Positions 17,458 to 26,963 of a DNA stretch of 64,000 bases are shown here, piece by piece. Every line of letters begins with the position of its first letter. Positions within the stretch are counted from its first letter, which is position 1. The translations under genes were made by a program, and so were the position numbers. The DNA is from Candidatus Nomurabacteria bacterium (GTDB lineage Bacteria; Patescibacteriota; Minisyncoccia; Phycocordibacterales; UBA9973), in the NCBI GenBank assembly GCA_029288805.1, contig JARIGO010000017.1:2884-66883 (forward strand), in the 5' to 3' direction. The notes under the pieces were generated by a model. The model saw only the letters and a program-made list of their open reading frames with translations. It had not been told where the DNA came from and did not search any database.

Positions 17458-17796
17458 ATGATTGCAACACTTCAAAACAAAATGGAAACCGTATCATCAA
17501 GCGATATCAATAAGACATTAAAACTCGTTACTCGATACGCATGGGTAGGTACAGGTATGCTGTTTTTATGTTATAGTTATTTTGTCGGAGCAATTACATT
17601 TAAAGTCATTAGTCAGGAAGCGTTGCAACAGGCTAATAAGACACTTATTTCTTCAATGGGCGACCAAGAACAGGCTTACCTTCAGAAGCAAGTGCAATTA
17701 AATGAAAGTTACGCCAGCTCTATTGGCTTAGTGAAAGGTACAGCGGTAGCATTTGCAGTTGCAAAGCCTGCTGTGGCATGGAATGTCGGACAGTAA
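17458..17796 (+). CDS. FtsL-like bitopic protein
   Basis: One TM plus a short coiled coil, between rsmH and ftsI (synteny). Confidence 0.65.
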   Translation: MIATLQNKMETVSSSDINKTLKLVTRYAWVGTGMLFLCYSYFVGAITFKVISQEALQQANKTLISSMGDQEQAYLQKQVQLNESYASSIGLVKGTAVAFAVAKPAVAWNVGQ

Positions 17797-19495
17797 TATT
17801 CACGCAAAACGAATAAACATTATCATTACCGCCGTAGCAGTCATCGGTGGTATTGTTATTATTCGTCTTTTTTCCTTACAAGTTATTGATTCCAAATCGT
17901 ATCGTGCTCGCGCTGAGCACCAGTATGTCACTCCTGCCGGAGATGTCTTTGACCGCGGTACTATTTATTTTACAAACAAGGACGGTACGACTGTTGCCGC
18001 AGCCACCGTACAGGACGGATTCAAGGCCGCTATCAACCCAAGCCTAGTTACCGACCCAGAAGGGGAATTTCAAAAGATTAATGCTGTTGTACCGATCGAC
18101 CAGGCGGCATTTTTGGCGAGCGCTGCCAAGAAAAATGACCCCTATGAAGAAATAGCCCAGCACCTCGATGAACATGCCGCACAGGCTCTTACCAGTCAGA
18201 AGATTCCAGGCTTAACCCTCTATCAGTCCAAATGGCGATATTATCCCGGCGGTTCATTGGCAGCTCAGGATCTTGGTTTCGTGTCATACAAGGGTAATGA
18301 CTTGGTGGGTAACTACGGTTTGGAGCAGTATTACAACGATGTACTTTCCAGAAACAGCAGCGCATTTTACGTGAACTTCTTTGCGGAAATGTTTGCCAAT
18401 ATCCAATCCAGTGTCTTCAAGAACAATTCCAGCACTGGGGATGTTGTTACTTCTATCGAACCAACCGTGCAGGCACAGCTCGAACAGGAGATTCAGGGCA
18501 TTCAGCAGAAATGGTCCAGTCAGTCAGTGGGAGCCATTGTCATGGATCCGCATACTGGTGCCATTCTCGCTATGGGTTCAACACCAAGTTTTGATCCGAA
18601 TGCGTACGGTTCAGTGAAGGATCCAAGTCTCTATCAAAATCCGTTGGTATCGAGCGACTTCGAAATGGGATCAATTTTCAAGCCATTGATCATGGCAGCA
18701 GCTATCGAAAACCATGTCGTTACTCCTCAGACCTCCTATGACGATACTGGTTCCGTAAAGGTTGGAAACGCTACTATTTATAACTTCGACAAGGTTGGTC
18801 GTGGTCCGGGCACAACCATGCAGACGGTACTTAATGACTCATTGAACACTGGTATGATTTATGTTGAGCAGCACATGGGTCAGGCTATGTTCAAAAAATA
18901 TATTGAGGATGTATACCATCTGAATACCAAGACTGGTGTCGATTTGCCAGGAGAGGTTAACGGTTTGATGACAAGTCTCAATGGTAACAACGATGTGAAC
19001 TATGCTACTGCCGCATTCGGACAAGGTATCGCGACAACACCGATTGATATCGTGCGCGGTATGGCGTCACTTGCGAATGGGGGCTACTTGGTAACTCCAC
19101 ACTTGGCAACTGCCATCAATGAGCAGGATGGCACGGTGAAGACGTTGACCTATCCCAAGACTGGTCCAGTACTTAGTCCGTCAACACTTCAGACCATTGA
19201 TCAAATGATGGTAACAGTCGTGAATGACGGCTATCACCGTGAGCAGGCAAACTATACTGTTGCTGCAAAGACTGGTACTGCTCAGATTGCTAAGCCGGGA
19301 GGCGGGGGATATTACAACGATCGTAACCTGCACTCCATGATTGGTTTCTTCCCAGCGAGCAATCCGCAATTCTTGATTTATTTCTATGACTATTACCCGA
19401 AGAATATCTTGTACTCCATTCAGACTTTGGGTGATCCGTTCATGAATATGATACAATTCTTAGCAAATTACTATAGCGTCCCTCCGGATAAGTAG
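17783..19495 (+). CDS. ftsI: Class B penicillin-binding protein, FtsI/PBP3
   Basis: RGTIYF, RYYPGG, catalytic SIFK, SLN and KTGT; dcw position. Confidence 0.85.
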   Translation: MSDSNIHAKRINIIITAVAVIGGIVIIRLFSLQVIDSKSYRARAEHQYVTPAGDVFDRGTIYFTNKDGTTVAAATVQDGFKAAINPSLVTDPEGEFQKINAVVPIDQAAFLASAAKKNDPYEEIAQHLDEHAAQALTSQKIPGLTLYQSKWRYYPGGSLAAQDLGFVSYKGNDLVGNYGLEQYYNDVLSRNSSAFYVNFFAEMFANIQSSVFKNNSSTGDVVTSIEPTVQAQLEQEIQGIQQKWSSQSVGAIVMDPHTGAILAMGSTPSFDPNAYGSVKDPSLYQNPLVSSDFEMGSIFKPLIMAAAIENHVVTPQTSYDDTGSVKVGNATIYNFDKVGRGPGTTMQTVLNDSLNTGMIYVEQHMGQAMFKKYIEDVYHLNTKTGVDLPGEVNGLMTSLNGNNDVNYATAAFGQGIATTPIDIVRGMASLANGGYLVTPHLATAINEQDGTVKTLTYPKTGPVLSPSTLQTIDQMMVTVVNDGYHREQANYTVAAKTGTAQIAKPGGGGYYNDRNLHSMIGFFPASNPQFLIYFYDYYPKNILYSIQTLGDPFMNMIQFLANYYSVPPDK

Positions 19496-19508
19496 GGTAA
19501 TAATTTTT

Positions 19509-20153
19509 ATGTCATTCAATTTTTCAATTCGATCTGCATTTAAAGACTCATGGAACATATTTGCAAAGCATATGTGGTTTTTCCTTGGCTTAGCGTTTGT
19601 ACTTATTATTTTTAATGTTTTTTACGGTACCAATCACGTTCATACCACCCATCAAGGTGTTCTTACCGCAGTGGTAGTGATTGCCATGTTTTTGTGGGCA
19701 TACGTATGGATTAGCGCCGCATTGGCTGCCGTTGATAAAAAAGACGCTATCTTGAACTTCCGCTCATTGTCCACGCACATGCCAACACTTCGTCAGTTTT
19801 TGATGTTCGTGCTTATCGGTATTGTTGTTGGCCTTATCGTTGGTGTCGGCATTGTATTGCTCATCATTCCTGGCATTTATTTCATGACACGATTGGTATT
19901 CAGTACCTTCGCATACGTTGATCGTAACCAAAGTGTAGGTAAGTCACTGAGCTATTCATGGCATCTCGTAAAAGGTAAGATCTTCTGGACAACATTTCTT
20001 GTCCTCATCATTTACTTCGTACTGATTTTTATCGGCAACCTTGCCCTCGTTATCGGCGCGTTGATCACGTATCCATTGGCTGTGCTGCTACTGGCGCATC
20101 TCTATCGAGCATTAAGCAATTACCATGAGGGGATTGCTGCTGCTTCAGAATAG
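19509..20153 (+). CDS. Hypothetical multi-pass membrane protein
   Basis: LLIIPGIY and SLSYSWHLVKG pattern, as seen in DUF975/GDPD-anchor-like membrane domains. Confidence 0.75.
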   Translation: MSFNFSIRSAFKDSWNIFAKHMWFFLGLAFVLIIFNVFYGTNHVHTTHQGVLTAVVVIAMFLWAYVWISAALAAVDKKDAILNFRSLSTHMPTLRQFLMFVLIGIVVGLIVGVGIVLLIIPGIYFMTRLVFSTFAYVDRNQSVGKSLSYSWHLVKGKIFWTTFLVLIIYFVLIFIGNLALVIGALITYPLAVLLLAHLYRALSNYHEGIAAASE

Positions 20154-20205
20154 ATCACTTGACTATTAGCCGTGAGGTGGTACATTCATAAAAAAATATA
20201 TTATT

Positions 20206-20379
20206 ATGAATAATCCGCAAGCATGCCCGCGATGCAAAAAGACCAACTCTCTTGATAGAATTCATCGCACCGCTCTTCAAAGATTCCTCTTTCGTTCATC
20301 GCGAAGATATCGTTGTATGAGTTGCAATAAGAAAACGTTCGTGTTATTTGTTCCCAAGCTAAAACAACAAACCGTCTAA
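20206..20379 (+). CDS. 57-aa zinc-ribbon microprotein
   Basis: MNNPQACPRCKKTNSLDRIHRTALQRFLFRSSRRYRCMSCNKKTFVLFVPKLKQQTV has two CxxC pairs. TTGACT promoter upstream. Missed by the ORF track. Confidence 0.75.
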   Translation: MNNPQACPRCKKTNSLDRIHRTALQRFLFRSSRRYRCMSCNKKTFVLFVPKLKQQTV

Positions 20380-20500
20380 CAGTACAAACAATGTGCCCAT
20401 GTAACAGCCAGGAAATCCCTGGTTGTTTTTGTTTGTAGCCAATAAATATTGACTTTCTTAATAAATAATATACTTTAGAGTTAAATTAAAAAATTAAGAT

Positions 20501-20950
20501 ATGAAAAAAATATTTGTCCTTGCTTCAAGTAGGGAGCGGTTTGATGTCCTGCATGCATTCCTTATCGAAAATGGATATGAACATGACTATGAGTTTGTTC
20601 TTCCAAAAAAAGTCCCGGTTTCCAGCCCAGGGATTGTTACGTTCATCAGAGGAGGGGAAGGAAACTCTTTACCCGAATTATGCATTGTGGATCAGGATCT
20701 TGGCTTTGAACTGAACGGCGAAGACATGGCTTCCATTTTCCAGGGACCAATCGCTCGAATAAGCATGCCGCTGAAAATCATCTACCTTCTTGAAAAAGGA
20801 AGGAGCGTTACTCTTAACAAGAAAGTGCGCTATGTCTACTGGCTAAAGAGTAGCCCGTTTGAGGAAGTAGAGGAAGCATTGCTAGCCACTATTGTGGACT
20901 TTACCAAGACTAATCAAAGCCTGATGGACAGGATGATCAACAGCATTTAG
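20501..20950 (+). CDS. Hypothetical protein, degenerate receiver (CheY-like) pattern
   Basis: MKKIFVL...FLIENGYE...ELCIVDQDLGFELNGED; has its own TTGACT promoter. Confidence 0.6.
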   Translation: MKKIFVLASSRERFDVLHAFLIENGYEHDYEFVLPKKVPVSSPGIVTFIRGGEGNSLPELCIVDQDLGFELNGEDMASIFQGPIARISMPLKIIYLLEKGRSVTLNKKVRYVYWLKSSPFEEVEEALLATIVDFTKTNQSLMDRMINSI

Positions 20951-21006
20951 CAAACTAACAAATTTGCACCAACAGCAGTATAAGTAATACTGCTGTTTTT
21001 AATTTG

Positions 21007-21078
21007 TGACCCCACGGAGAATCGAACTCCGATTAACGGCTTGAGAAGCCGGCGTCCTAACCGTTAGACGATGGGGCC
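21007..21078 (-). tRNA. tRNA-Glu(CTC)
   Basis: Minus strand GGCCCCATCGTCTAACGGTTAGGACGCCGGCTTCTCAAGCCGTTAATCGGAGTTCGATTCTCCGTGGGGTCA. Confidence 0.95.
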
Positions 21079-21183
21079 AGTGCATGTATAGTATCGAGAG
21101 ATTTGAATTTGGGCAAGTATGGAAATGATAAAAAGGTACCTGGTACCATTTTTAATCCTTGGATCACAAAAAAATGAGCCTTA

Positions 21184-21762
21184 TTATTTTAAATAAGACT
21201 CATTGGTTAGGAATTCAAGGGGAGAAGCGATAAAACTGGTCGTGTTGTTTTTCTTAGCGATATCAATTGCGTTATCAAAAGTTTTTACCACCGTTTCGAT
21301 TTCAAAGCCGATTCCAAGGTACTCTTTAACTTCATAGAGTAAAGGAGGATAATGCATCACTGTGCAATCCAATATCGCTCCTTTATACGTCATGAAAGTA
21401 TGAACTCCAATAAAGTACAACTTTTCTAATGGCACAGAAAGGCTCGTGGCTTTCATGCGATACAGGCCGGAAACAAACTGAAAGTCTTTCAATGATTCGG
21501 GGTGGGTTTCCATCAGATATGCTGCATACAGAATGTTGTTGCTGTGGCAGTGTCGATGTATGACCCGTGAAGGCTTTATTATTCCTTCAGGATAGTCCAG
21601 CAATCTTTCATGAAAGTATGACCCTGATACTGCAAGAAGGTTGTAAATAGCATCCATTGGCGTACCAAGTGTTGATGCGGTGTGTATCCATTCATGCAAA
21701 GGTATGTCTTCACGAAGCTCTTCTCCTAATAAAAAACCTTTTTGCCCATATATTTTTGCCAT
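21184..21762 (-). CDS. Hypothetical protein with a putative Cys-His-Asp (transglutaminase/papain-like) triad
   Basis: HCHSNN...VSGLY...VHTF...ILDCT...YLGIGF. Start placed at ATG 21762; the track's GTG 21798 lies inside the promoter. Confidence 0.6.
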   Translation of the reverse strand: MAKIYGQKGFLLGEELREDIPLHEWIHTASTLGTPMDAIYNLLAVSGSYFHERLLDYPEGIIKPSRVIHRHCHSNNILYAAYLMETHPESLKDFQFVSGLYRMKATSLSVPLEKLYFIGVHTFMTYKGAILDCTVMHYPPLLYEVKEYLGIGFEIETVVKTFDNAIDIAKKNNTTSFIASPLEFLTNESYLK

Positions 21763-21846
21763 AAGGTATAATTTTTCCTCATATTGCCTTATTCCCACAA
21801 AAAGTCAACAAGGACTATCGATGATGAATTGGTATATACTATATCT

Positions 21847-21966
21847 ATGAAGCATCATCATTGGTTTCTGTTTATCTTTATACTATTGTTTGCCGCGGCG
21901 TTGTTTGGCTTGGTAAACACTATTATTCAAAGCACGGCTTCTTCAAACACTTCCATTAACAAATAA
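21847..21966 (+). CDS. 39-aa single-TM micropeptide
   Basis: MKHHHWFLFIFILLFAAALFGLVNTII...; TATACT sits 6 nt before the ATG. Confidence 0.55.
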   Translation: MKHHHWFLFIFILLFAAALFGLVNTIIQSTASSNTSINK

Positions 21967-21981
21967 GCGTAGAGTTACCAT

Positions 21982-22758
21982 ATGAATCGTCCAGTATCAA
22001 AAACAGTTCTCATAATATTGCTCGTAGTCGTTCTCGCCGTTATCGGTTTCTTTGTCTATAGCCATCGTGCGGCAAAAGTGACGCCGACACAGGTTACGGA
22101 GAACGTTCCTACGCCAACTCCAAGCCAGCAGTGGCCGTCTACAAAGATAAAAGATGCGACTGTTAAGGACAATACAAGTTACTACACAATCTCTGCTACA
22201 TATCCTATAGTGAAGGATACAGTCATTAGTGGCTACTTCAAAAAATACGTTGATGACTCAGTGGCAGGGTTCAAGAGTGATACCTCATGGGCGACAAGTG
22301 ACAGTGCGGACTCTGCAGCGGCAGGACAGCTCACGCTGAATATTACCTACACAGAACAAAAGACTGATAACGCTGATAACTATATTTTTAGTAACAGTTC
22401 ATATGAAGGGGGAGCGCATGGTCTGACTGCGACACAGACATTCACATTCTCACCGACAGGTCAGCTTATTTCTTTGTCTAATCTTTTCACGAACGGTCTT
22501 GCTGGTCTCCAGACCATTGCACCGTATGTGGCATCACAGCTCAAGAGTACATTGCCAAGCACAGATCAGGACTTCGTGGCTGATGGCACTTCACCGACAG
22601 CGGAGAATTACGCCAACTTCACCGTTCAGGATGACAGTGTGACGTTTTATTTTGATCCATACCAAGTGGCACCATATTCTGATGGACTACAAAAAGTTAC
22701 CGTACCAGTATCTGCATTCAAGAGTATTGCTAGTCTGGATATTTTCTCTACAAAATAA
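21982..22758 (+). CDS. DUF3298/PdaC-RsiV-like membrane-anchored protein
   Basis: YEGGAHG and FYFDPYQVAPYSDGLQKVTVP. Confidence 0.85.
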   Translation: MNRPVSKTVLIILLVVVLAVIGFFVYSHRAAKVTPTQVTENVPTPTPSQQWPSTKIKDATVKDNTSYYTISATYPIVKDTVISGYFKKYVDDSVAGFKSDTSWATSDSADSAAAGQLTLNITYTEQKTDNADNYIFSNSSYEGGAHGLTATQTFTFSPTGQLISLSNLFTNGLAGLQTIAPYVASQLKSTLPSTDQDFVADGTSPTAENYANFTVQDDSVTFYFDPYQVAPYSDGLQKVTVPVSAFKSIASLDIFSTK

Positions 22759-23826
22759 TTATTCCGTAGTACGTTCGATAGGGCTGATGTCCACGAGAAG
22801 CGGTTCGATGTCATTGCTTGAGCCAGTGATGCGCATGACGTCCTTGTCCACTTTCTTCAATTCCTTTCCAGCATTGCTGTAATGATTTACAACGGTAGTA
22901 AGTGAACCGCCAATCTTGTTGTGGTATTCCTCGTAGGCTTTCATGTGCTTGCCGAGCTCTTCCACGCGCTTCACGATATCCTTTGCGCTTTCTTCGATTT
23001 GCATGGCACGAAGACCTTGCAAGACAGTTTGGAGGTATGCCAAGAATGACGTAGGGGAAACAATGATGACTTTCTTTTCAAATGCATACTGCACCAGGTC
23101 CTGCGTGTTTACTTTGATACTGCCGACTTCCGCTACGAGCAAATCATAATAAATGGACTCATGAGGGATGAACATGAATGCAAAGTCCAATGTGTTTTCT
23201 GCGGGACGGATGTATTTTGATGTCTCATCAATACGTCTCTTGATGTCCTTACGAAATTCGTTGACGAACTGTTCAGGATCACCGCCGTTTTGATTGGTTT
23301 CTATGATGCGATTATAGTTTTCCAATGAGAATTTTGAGTCGATAGGAATGATCTTGTCTTTTACCATCACGATGGCATCGACGATTTCACCGTTATTGAA
23401 CTTGTATTGTGTCTGGAATGTCTTTGGAGGCAAGACCTTTGAAAGAATGGTTTCCAAATAATATTCACCAAGAATAGTACCGCGTTGCTTTGGGTTCTTG
23501 AGGATGTCTTGCAAGTTGCGAAGCTGGTCAGCAAAGTTCAATACCTGCTTGTTGCCTTCATCAAGACGGGTCAGACGCTCGGTAATGTCACTGATGATAT
23601 TGGCTGATTGCGTAGACTGGTGCATCATTGATTCACGAATGCTCTTTTCAGATTCGCCAAGCTTTTGATCGACGGTCTTTTGCAGTTCTGATACCTGCTG
23701 CATCAGCAATTGAAAGCCAGTGCTATTGTCCTCTTGTTTTATCGGTTCAGTTTTTTTACTGCTCGCGATGAAGTATGTCACAACTCCGCCAACCACTATG
23801 CCTCCTAAGATATAAATAATTTCCAT
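22759..23826 (-). CDS. rmuC: DNA recombination protein RmuC
   Basis: N-terminal TM, NPKQRG..GEYYLE, PIDSKFS, TLDFAFMFIPHE and IVSPTSF. Start could be 23835. Confidence 0.92.
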   Translation of the reverse strand: MEIIYILGGIVVGGVVTYFIASSKKTEPIKQEDNSTGFQLLMQQVSELQKTVDQKLGESEKSIRESMMHQSTQSANIISDITERLTRLDEGNKQVLNFADQLRNLQDILKNPKQRGTILGEYYLETILSKVLPPKTFQTQYKFNNGEIVDAIVMVKDKIIPIDSKFSLENYNRIIETNQNGGDPEQFVNEFRKDIKRRIDETSKYIRPAENTLDFAFMFIPHESIYYDLLVAEVGSIKVNTQDLVQYAFEKKVIIVSPTSFLAYLQTVLQGLRAMQIEESAKDIVKRVEELGKHMKAYEEYHNKIGGSLTTVVNHYSNAGKELKKVDKDVMRITGSSNDIEPLLVDISPIERTTE

Positions 23827-23827
23827 A

Positions 23828-24547
23828 TTATCCAACGTATTTTTCTAATGTATAAATCCAGTCCGTTTCGTCCTTGTCGCTTTTGCGTTTCTGATCGAGC
23901 AGCCATGATAGGTAGCCGATATCAAGCGATGCCACTTCGGCAATAGTCTTGCCGTTATACTTTCCAAAGTTAATAGTCTTAATAGCCAGTGGTTCCGAAG
24001 TGATACCGATCATTTTTGCAATTGCAGCTTCTTCATCGCAGTCCCATGCTTTCATGGCTTCCTGCAATTCGTATTCAAACAGCTTTTCCAATACCAAGAC
24101 ATCGGCATAGGCTTCGTGCGATGACACTTCCAATTCAATATCAAGCGCGTACCGCAAGTACTGCAATTTGTGCATGCTAAATCTTCCTTCGCTATCAAGC
24201 TCGCGAATGACTTTGAAGGTGCACAACAGGTTCTTGATAGTAATACCGTCATTCTTTAGGATCTGTTCATCAAAGGCGGCATTGTGAGCCACGCAAATAG
24301 TGTCGTCGTCTTCAAGCAATGCCTTGATGGACGCATACTCAGGCGCTTCCTTAAATGCGGGACGATTGGCAACCATTTTGTTTGAAATGTGGTGAATGGC
24401 AGAACATTCGAAGGGAATCGGCACTGGTGGCTTGTACATGGCATCAACAACCGGCGTAGCATTGCCTCGCTCAACAATGGCAAGCTGACAGAGATAGTCA
24501 TGCAGGCCATTTCCAGTAGTTTCGGTATCAAAAAAGATGATTTTCAT
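23828..24547 (-). CDS. DEDDh 3'-5' exonuclease (exonuclease X-like)
   Basis: FFDTETTG, VAHNAAFD and HEAYADV, with C-terminal FGKYNGK..GYLSWL. Start MKII has TAGAAT 6 nt upstream. Confidence 0.9.
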   Translation of the reverse strand: MKIIFFDTETTGNGLHDYLCQLAIVERGNATPVVDAMYKPPVPIPFECSAIHHISNKMVANRPAFKEAPEYASIKALLEDDDTICVAHNAAFDEQILKNDGITIKNLLCTFKVIRELDSEGRFSMHKLQYLRYALDIELEVSSHEAYADVLVLEKLFEYELQEAMKAWDCDEEAAIAKMIGITSEPLAIKTINFGKYNGKTIAEVASLDIGYLSWLLDQKRKSDKDETDWIYTLEKYVG

Positions 24548-25023
24548 GCGCATATTCTACCACAAAAAATAGCCCTCAATTTGAGGGCTATGAAATCAGA
24601 ACGGGCGAGAGGATGCTGGCGTTTCAAGACAGGTTTCGGGCAGGGCAGAGACGGTGGCAGCATCGGTATATCGTTACGGGCTGAAGAACTTTCAGTAACT
24701 ACAATCCTTTCTGTTAGAAGTTTGTATTCCTCCATACTCTGAAGCACCTTATCAATAAGCTGTTGGGCAAATTGCGCCTGTAGGGAAAGTTGATGTGTTG
24801 CTTCTGCGTGTTCTATATCAAAAATAGCGAGACTGATACGACGTTCATGGCGAAATAATGCCAATAGGGAACCAATATCGACTTCCTCTTCAAGGCTGCG
24901 CGCTACCAATAACACGGGACAGACCGTTTTGTGTTCTTCGGGAAGCAACAGCGTTCTACCTGTATGTGCCCCAATGCCTATTATAGCCACTGAATCTTTG
25001 ATGAATGTTCTTCTATTATTCAT
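24544..25023 (-). CDS. Hypothetical orphan protein
   Basis: 159-aa ORF behind a TTGACA promoter; its 3' end runs through a hairpin at about 24569-24591. Confidence 0.45.
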   Translation of the reverse strand: MNNRRTFIKDSVAIIGIGAHTGRTLLLPEEHKTVCPVLLVARSLEEEVDIGSLLALFRHERRISLAIFDIEHAEATHQLSLQAQFAQQLIDKVLQSMEEYKLLTERIVVTESSSARNDIPMLPPSLPCPKPVLKRQHPLARSDFIALKLRAIFCGRICA

Positions 25024-25102
25024 ATTGTGAAAGCTTTTTTATATAATGTCATATATTTTTATTATGTCAAATACTACTGACTCTATGCTATAATATCTAC
25101 AT

Positions 25103-25552
25103 ATGATTGCTACCGATATTCGAGAACAAATGAAACAGGCTATGCGTGATAAGGATCAGGTTGCACTTGATACCTATCGTGGCGTGCTTAGTGCTTTTAC
25201 ATCAGAACTGGTTGCTACAGGCAAGACTCCGCAGGATGAAGTGTCTGATGACTTGGCATTGAAGGTTATTCAAAAGCTTATCAAACAGCGCAAGGATGCT
25301 ATCAGTCAGTTTGAAGCGGGAGGCCGTGCAGATCTTGCTGATGAGGAAAAGAAGCAGCTTGCGTTCTTGGAAAAATTCCAGCCAGCACAAATGAGCGAAG
25401 CAGAAATTCGCACTATTGCTGAAGCAAAGAAAACTGAACTCGGCATCACCGACAAAGCCAAGGCAGGTGTTCTTACGGGCGCTGTGATGAAGGCGGTGGC
25501 AGGACAGGCAGATGGAAGTGTGGTAAAAGCTGTTGTTGAATCACTGTTCTAA
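25103..25552 (+). CDS. GatB/YqeY domain protein
   Basis: MKQAMRDKD, KQRKDAISQFEAGGRADLADEE and GQADGS.V. Confidence 0.93.
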   Translation: MIATDIREQMKQAMRDKDQVALDTYRGVLSAFTSELVATGKTPQDEVSDDLALKVIQKLIKQRKDAISQFEAGGRADLADEEKKQLAFLEKFQPAQMSEAEIRTIAEAKKTELGITDKAKAGVLTGAVMKAVAGQADGSVVKAVVESLF

Positions 25553-25567
25553 CGCTATACTATTTCT

Positions 25568-25903
25568 ATGATATTACTCCGTTGGTTCATTACGACACTC
25601 GCAATCTTTGCATTGCCATTTTTTGTGCAGGGCATCACTGTTAGCAGCATTCTTACGGCAGTGCTCGTGGCAGCATGTTTGGTATTTTTGAATATGGTAG
25701 TGAAGCCTATTGTTACATTGCTCACGCTTCCGTTGAACATCATGACATTGGGACTGTTTTCTATCATCGTAAACGGTGCATTCTTTTGGTTTGTTGCCAA
25801 AATCATCCAAGGCTTTACCGTAGCAAACTTCACTGCAGCCATCATCGGTGCATTGGTTATCTCAATCATTAACTGGATTATCAGTCACTTCATCCACGAC
25901 TAA
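25568..25903 (+). CDS. YvlD/DUF360 (holin superfamily IV) membrane protein
   Basis: VKPIVTLLTLPLNIMTLGLFSIIVNG. Confidence 0.9.
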   Translation: MILLRWFITTLAIFALPFFVQGITVSSILTAVLVAACLVFLNMVVKPIVTLLTLPLNIMTLGLFSIIVNGAFFWFVAKIIQGFTVANFTAAIIGALVISIINWIISHFIHD

Positions 25904-25904
25904 C

Positions 25905-26957
25905 ATGGAACATCCGGATTACGCAAAATTCTCCGAAACGTTTTTTGCGTTGGTAGAGCAGGTGGAGCATGTCGTCATCACGTCACATTATTCTCCTGAT
26001 GATGACTCAATCGGTTCTGTTCTTGCAATGTATACAATCCTGCATGCAGCTTTTCCTACAAAAGACATTCGTATTGTCTATACAGGAAATCCAGTTGAGC
26101 GATACTCGGTCTTTCCGCGGTTTGAAAAAATACAATTCGTGCCAGATGTTGCCAATGAGTTATCAAACACTGATTTGTTGATAGTGCTTGACGGAAGTCA
26201 GTATCATAGATTCTCAAAGATGCCCGATGTATTGGCAAAGGTTCCGCAGACTGTTGCCATAGATCACCATGCTGGCGTGCCTGATCAGTTCACGCTTTCA
26301 CTCGTAATACCCGGTATGTCTTCGAATTGTGAAATCTTATATCGCGCCTTTGATATGGACCATGGACTTACTCCAGACTTGGCACAATATCTCTTGTTGG
26401 GAATATTAGGTGACACTGGTAATTTCTCTCACATCAGCCCTGAACAAGCAGATGTGTTGGTAGTGGCAAAGAAATTACTCACTACCGTTGGCATGACCAT
26501 TGATAGTTTCCGCGCACGCTATGGCGGCATTCCAAAACGGATTATTCCATTACTGCAAGAACTGGTAAAAAATACTGCATACAAGGAGATTAATGGTTGG
26601 CCTGATCTGCAATACAGTTATATTGACCGCTCACTGTTAGTGAAAGGAAATTACACCGATGAGGATATGAGTGCCGCTAGTCATATTTACATGGGGCAAT
26701 ATCTACCGCGCGTCATAGGGTATGCCTGGGGATTCGTCATTACACCACGTGTTGACGGCAGTGCGCGCATGTCATCTCGTTCACTGGGAACAAGCGTTAA
26801 CGTGCGAGATATACATGAAAGACTTGGTATCGGTAGTGGTCATGATCGAGCAGCCGGAGGGTCGTTCGAGAAGGAGACAGTTGACCGTGAGCCAAAGCAG
26901 TGTATTGTAGAGGTGCTTGCATGGATGGAGCACAATACTCCAACTATTGGAAAATAA
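25905..26957 (+). CDS. DHH/DHHA1 phosphoesterase (NrnA-like)
   Basis: HYSPDDDSIGS, IDHH, GILGDTGNF and GSGHDRAAGG. Confidence 0.9.
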   Translation: MEHPDYAKFSETFFALVEQVEHVVITSHYSPDDDSIGSVLAMYTILHAAFPTKDIRIVYTGNPVERYSVFPRFEKIQFVPDVANELSNTDLLIVLDGSQYHRFSKMPDVLAKVPQTVAIDHHAGVPDQFTLSLVIPGMSSNCEILYRAFDMDHGLTPDLAQYLLLGILGDTGNFSHISPEQADVLVVAKKLLTTVGMTIDSFRARYGGIPKRIIPLLQELVKNTAYKEINGWPDLQYSYIDRSLLVKGNYTDEDMSAASHIYMGQYLPRVIGYAWGFVITPRVDGSARMSSRSLGTSVNVRDIHERLGIGSGHDRAAGGSFEKETVDREPKQCIVEVLAWMEHNTPTIGK

Positions 26958-26963
26958 CGATTT

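Noticed and set aside
25568..25903. Holin-family gene as a sign of a prophage
   Set aside because: YvlD/DUF360 genes are common chromosomal genes. The flanks are housekeeping (yqeY, DHH, obgE) and no phage genes are present.
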